Positions 31,101 to 32,000 of a stretch of DNA of 32,000 bases are shown piece by piece (the stretch's first letter is position 1; every line of letters starts with the position of its first letter). A model generated the notes under the pieces. The model made no database searches. It was not told the origin of the DNA and saw only the letters and a list, made by a program, of their open reading frames with translations. Made by a program: the position numbers and the translations under genes. This DNA is from Candidatus Saccharimonadota bacterium (GTDB taxonomy: Bacteria > Patescibacteriota > Gracilibacteria > BD1-5 > UBA6164): assembly GCA_965229705.1 (NCBI GenBank), contig OZ245922.1, positions 720,001-752,000 of the forward strand, in the 5' to 3' direction.

Positions 31101-32000
31101 TTGGAAATTGAATATCAAGAAAGTCTGTAGGAAGATATCCATTTCGTTCGGTGAGAAAGGCAATTTGATCTCATGCTCGCCACTCAGGTACAAAAGGAGA
31201 TCCTTTGATGAGACACATAGTCTTGATAATCAACTTCATAATATCTAGTACTATCTCCACTGAACCAAAAATCTGCGGTATTTGAGGTGGTGGTGGCAGG
31301 TGAGGGAGCTCTATTGCTGGAAGTACTGGGAGGTCTGGTAGCTCTGGAAGTGTATATATTGGAAGTAGAGGCAAAGATGGAAGAGTCGCTCAAAGTTCTG
31401 GAAATTCTGGCAAAAAGAGATCTGGAAGAGTTGGCAGAACAATAGGACGCAAACTGATATCAAAGTCTGGGAGATATATCGTCATTCATGCTCTGATATT
31501 ATGAAAATCGAGAATAATATCTGGCCAAGATGGAAACTCTATAATAGGAGGTGTTGGTAATACCACAGATATGAGCTGAAAAATAAAGTCTTGAAGATCT
31601 TGTCTCTCATTTTTACATTCTTGACACTCTGCCTCATAACCAATAAATACATCTATAAATAGTTGCCAAGACTTTAAAATGGCTTTTATCAAAATATAGA
31701 GTTCCACCCACGCCTTAAATCGCTGACCATTTTTCTTGAGCCAGTCTCACATGAGGTTTGAAAGGATTTCGATATTATAGAGAATTTGTCATAGCCATAC
31801 TTCTCGGATATTAATGAGACTCGCAAGACGCTCTGGAAATTTTTTATATTCTTCGAGTATCGCAATATTTTGTTCTAGAGATGATATGAGTGCTCATGAC
31901 TGGAGATAGAGCTTGTTACGTATATCATTTTCTCTTTCACATCTTTCTTGCTCTGCAGGAGTTTCTTTGTCACATGCCTTTCAAAGACTCCATTGCTCTG
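28114..32000 (-). CDS. Giant secreted/surface protein, C-terminal ~1295 aa (5' end outside the window)
   Basis: There is no in-frame TAA/TAG from 31998 down to TAG at 28114-28116. Track ORFs 29524..29715, 30046..30234, 30310..30666, 31171..31374 and 31486..31707 share this frame. Contains an LP-rich repeat tract, Asp-rich Ca-binding-like loops (DSDGDGDPRNDFDEEN; DMDNDGDEDI) and a coiled-coil segment. Confidence 0.75.

Noticed and set aside
148-31707. Treating the supplied standard-code ORFs as independent short genes. Examples are the five pieces of rnj, the four pieces of 9788..12004 and the five pieces of 4090..6429.
   Set aside because: Neighbouring pieces are always in the same frame and separated only by TGA. 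The joined products also match full-length conserved proteins.
1-32000. Alternative reading of TGA as Trp (table 4, as in Mollicutes).
   Set aside because: The informative TGAs sit at invariant Gly positions: GGGN of PyrH, GEAGGITQ of IF-2 and GGYG of TrpRS. Separate TGG codons are used where Trp is expected.

Overview
This low-GC bacterial chromosome segment cannot be read with the standard genetic code. In the supplied ORF track almost every gene is cut into pieces by in-frame TGA. Reading TGA as glycine fuses the fragments into 26 contiguous CDS at high coding density. This is translation table 25, the code known from Gracilibacteria/BD1-5 and Absconditabacteria/SR1 in the Patescibacteria/CPR. 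In-frame TGAs fall on invariant Gly positions of IF-2, UMP kinase and TrpRS motifs. Housekeeping genes present are infB, jag, trpS, rpmH-rnpA-yidC, pyrH and rnj. A roughly 9-kb minus-strand island (4090-13117) encodes secreted or surface proteins: a Cys-rich-repeat protein, a small lipoprotein, an LPXTG protein, and two paralogous proteins of 919 and 738 aa. The two paralogs have peptidoglycan-binding-like motifs and coiled-coil regions, and they share a duplicated upstream leader. A tight operon carries four tandem TrbC/VirB2-like pilin paralogs plus a HExxH peptidase. It faces, divergently, a glycosylation cluster of GT4, Wzy_C (O-antigen-ligase/O-OTase-like) and GT-C genes. The window also holds a Pfs-like nucleosidase next to a SplB-like radical-SAM gene, and the C-terminal ~1295 aa of a giant surface protein that runs off the window. 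Intergenic DNA carries a modular repeat family. Its parts are a GAGAAAG..TTTCTC motif, pairs of GAGACCGGTCTC palindromes whose 22-bp core is flipped in one copy, and a small hairpin with a compensatory base-pair change. I recognised no rRNA, tRNA, CRISPR array, transposase or integrase. All protein-family calls come from motif recognition by eye, not from searches.
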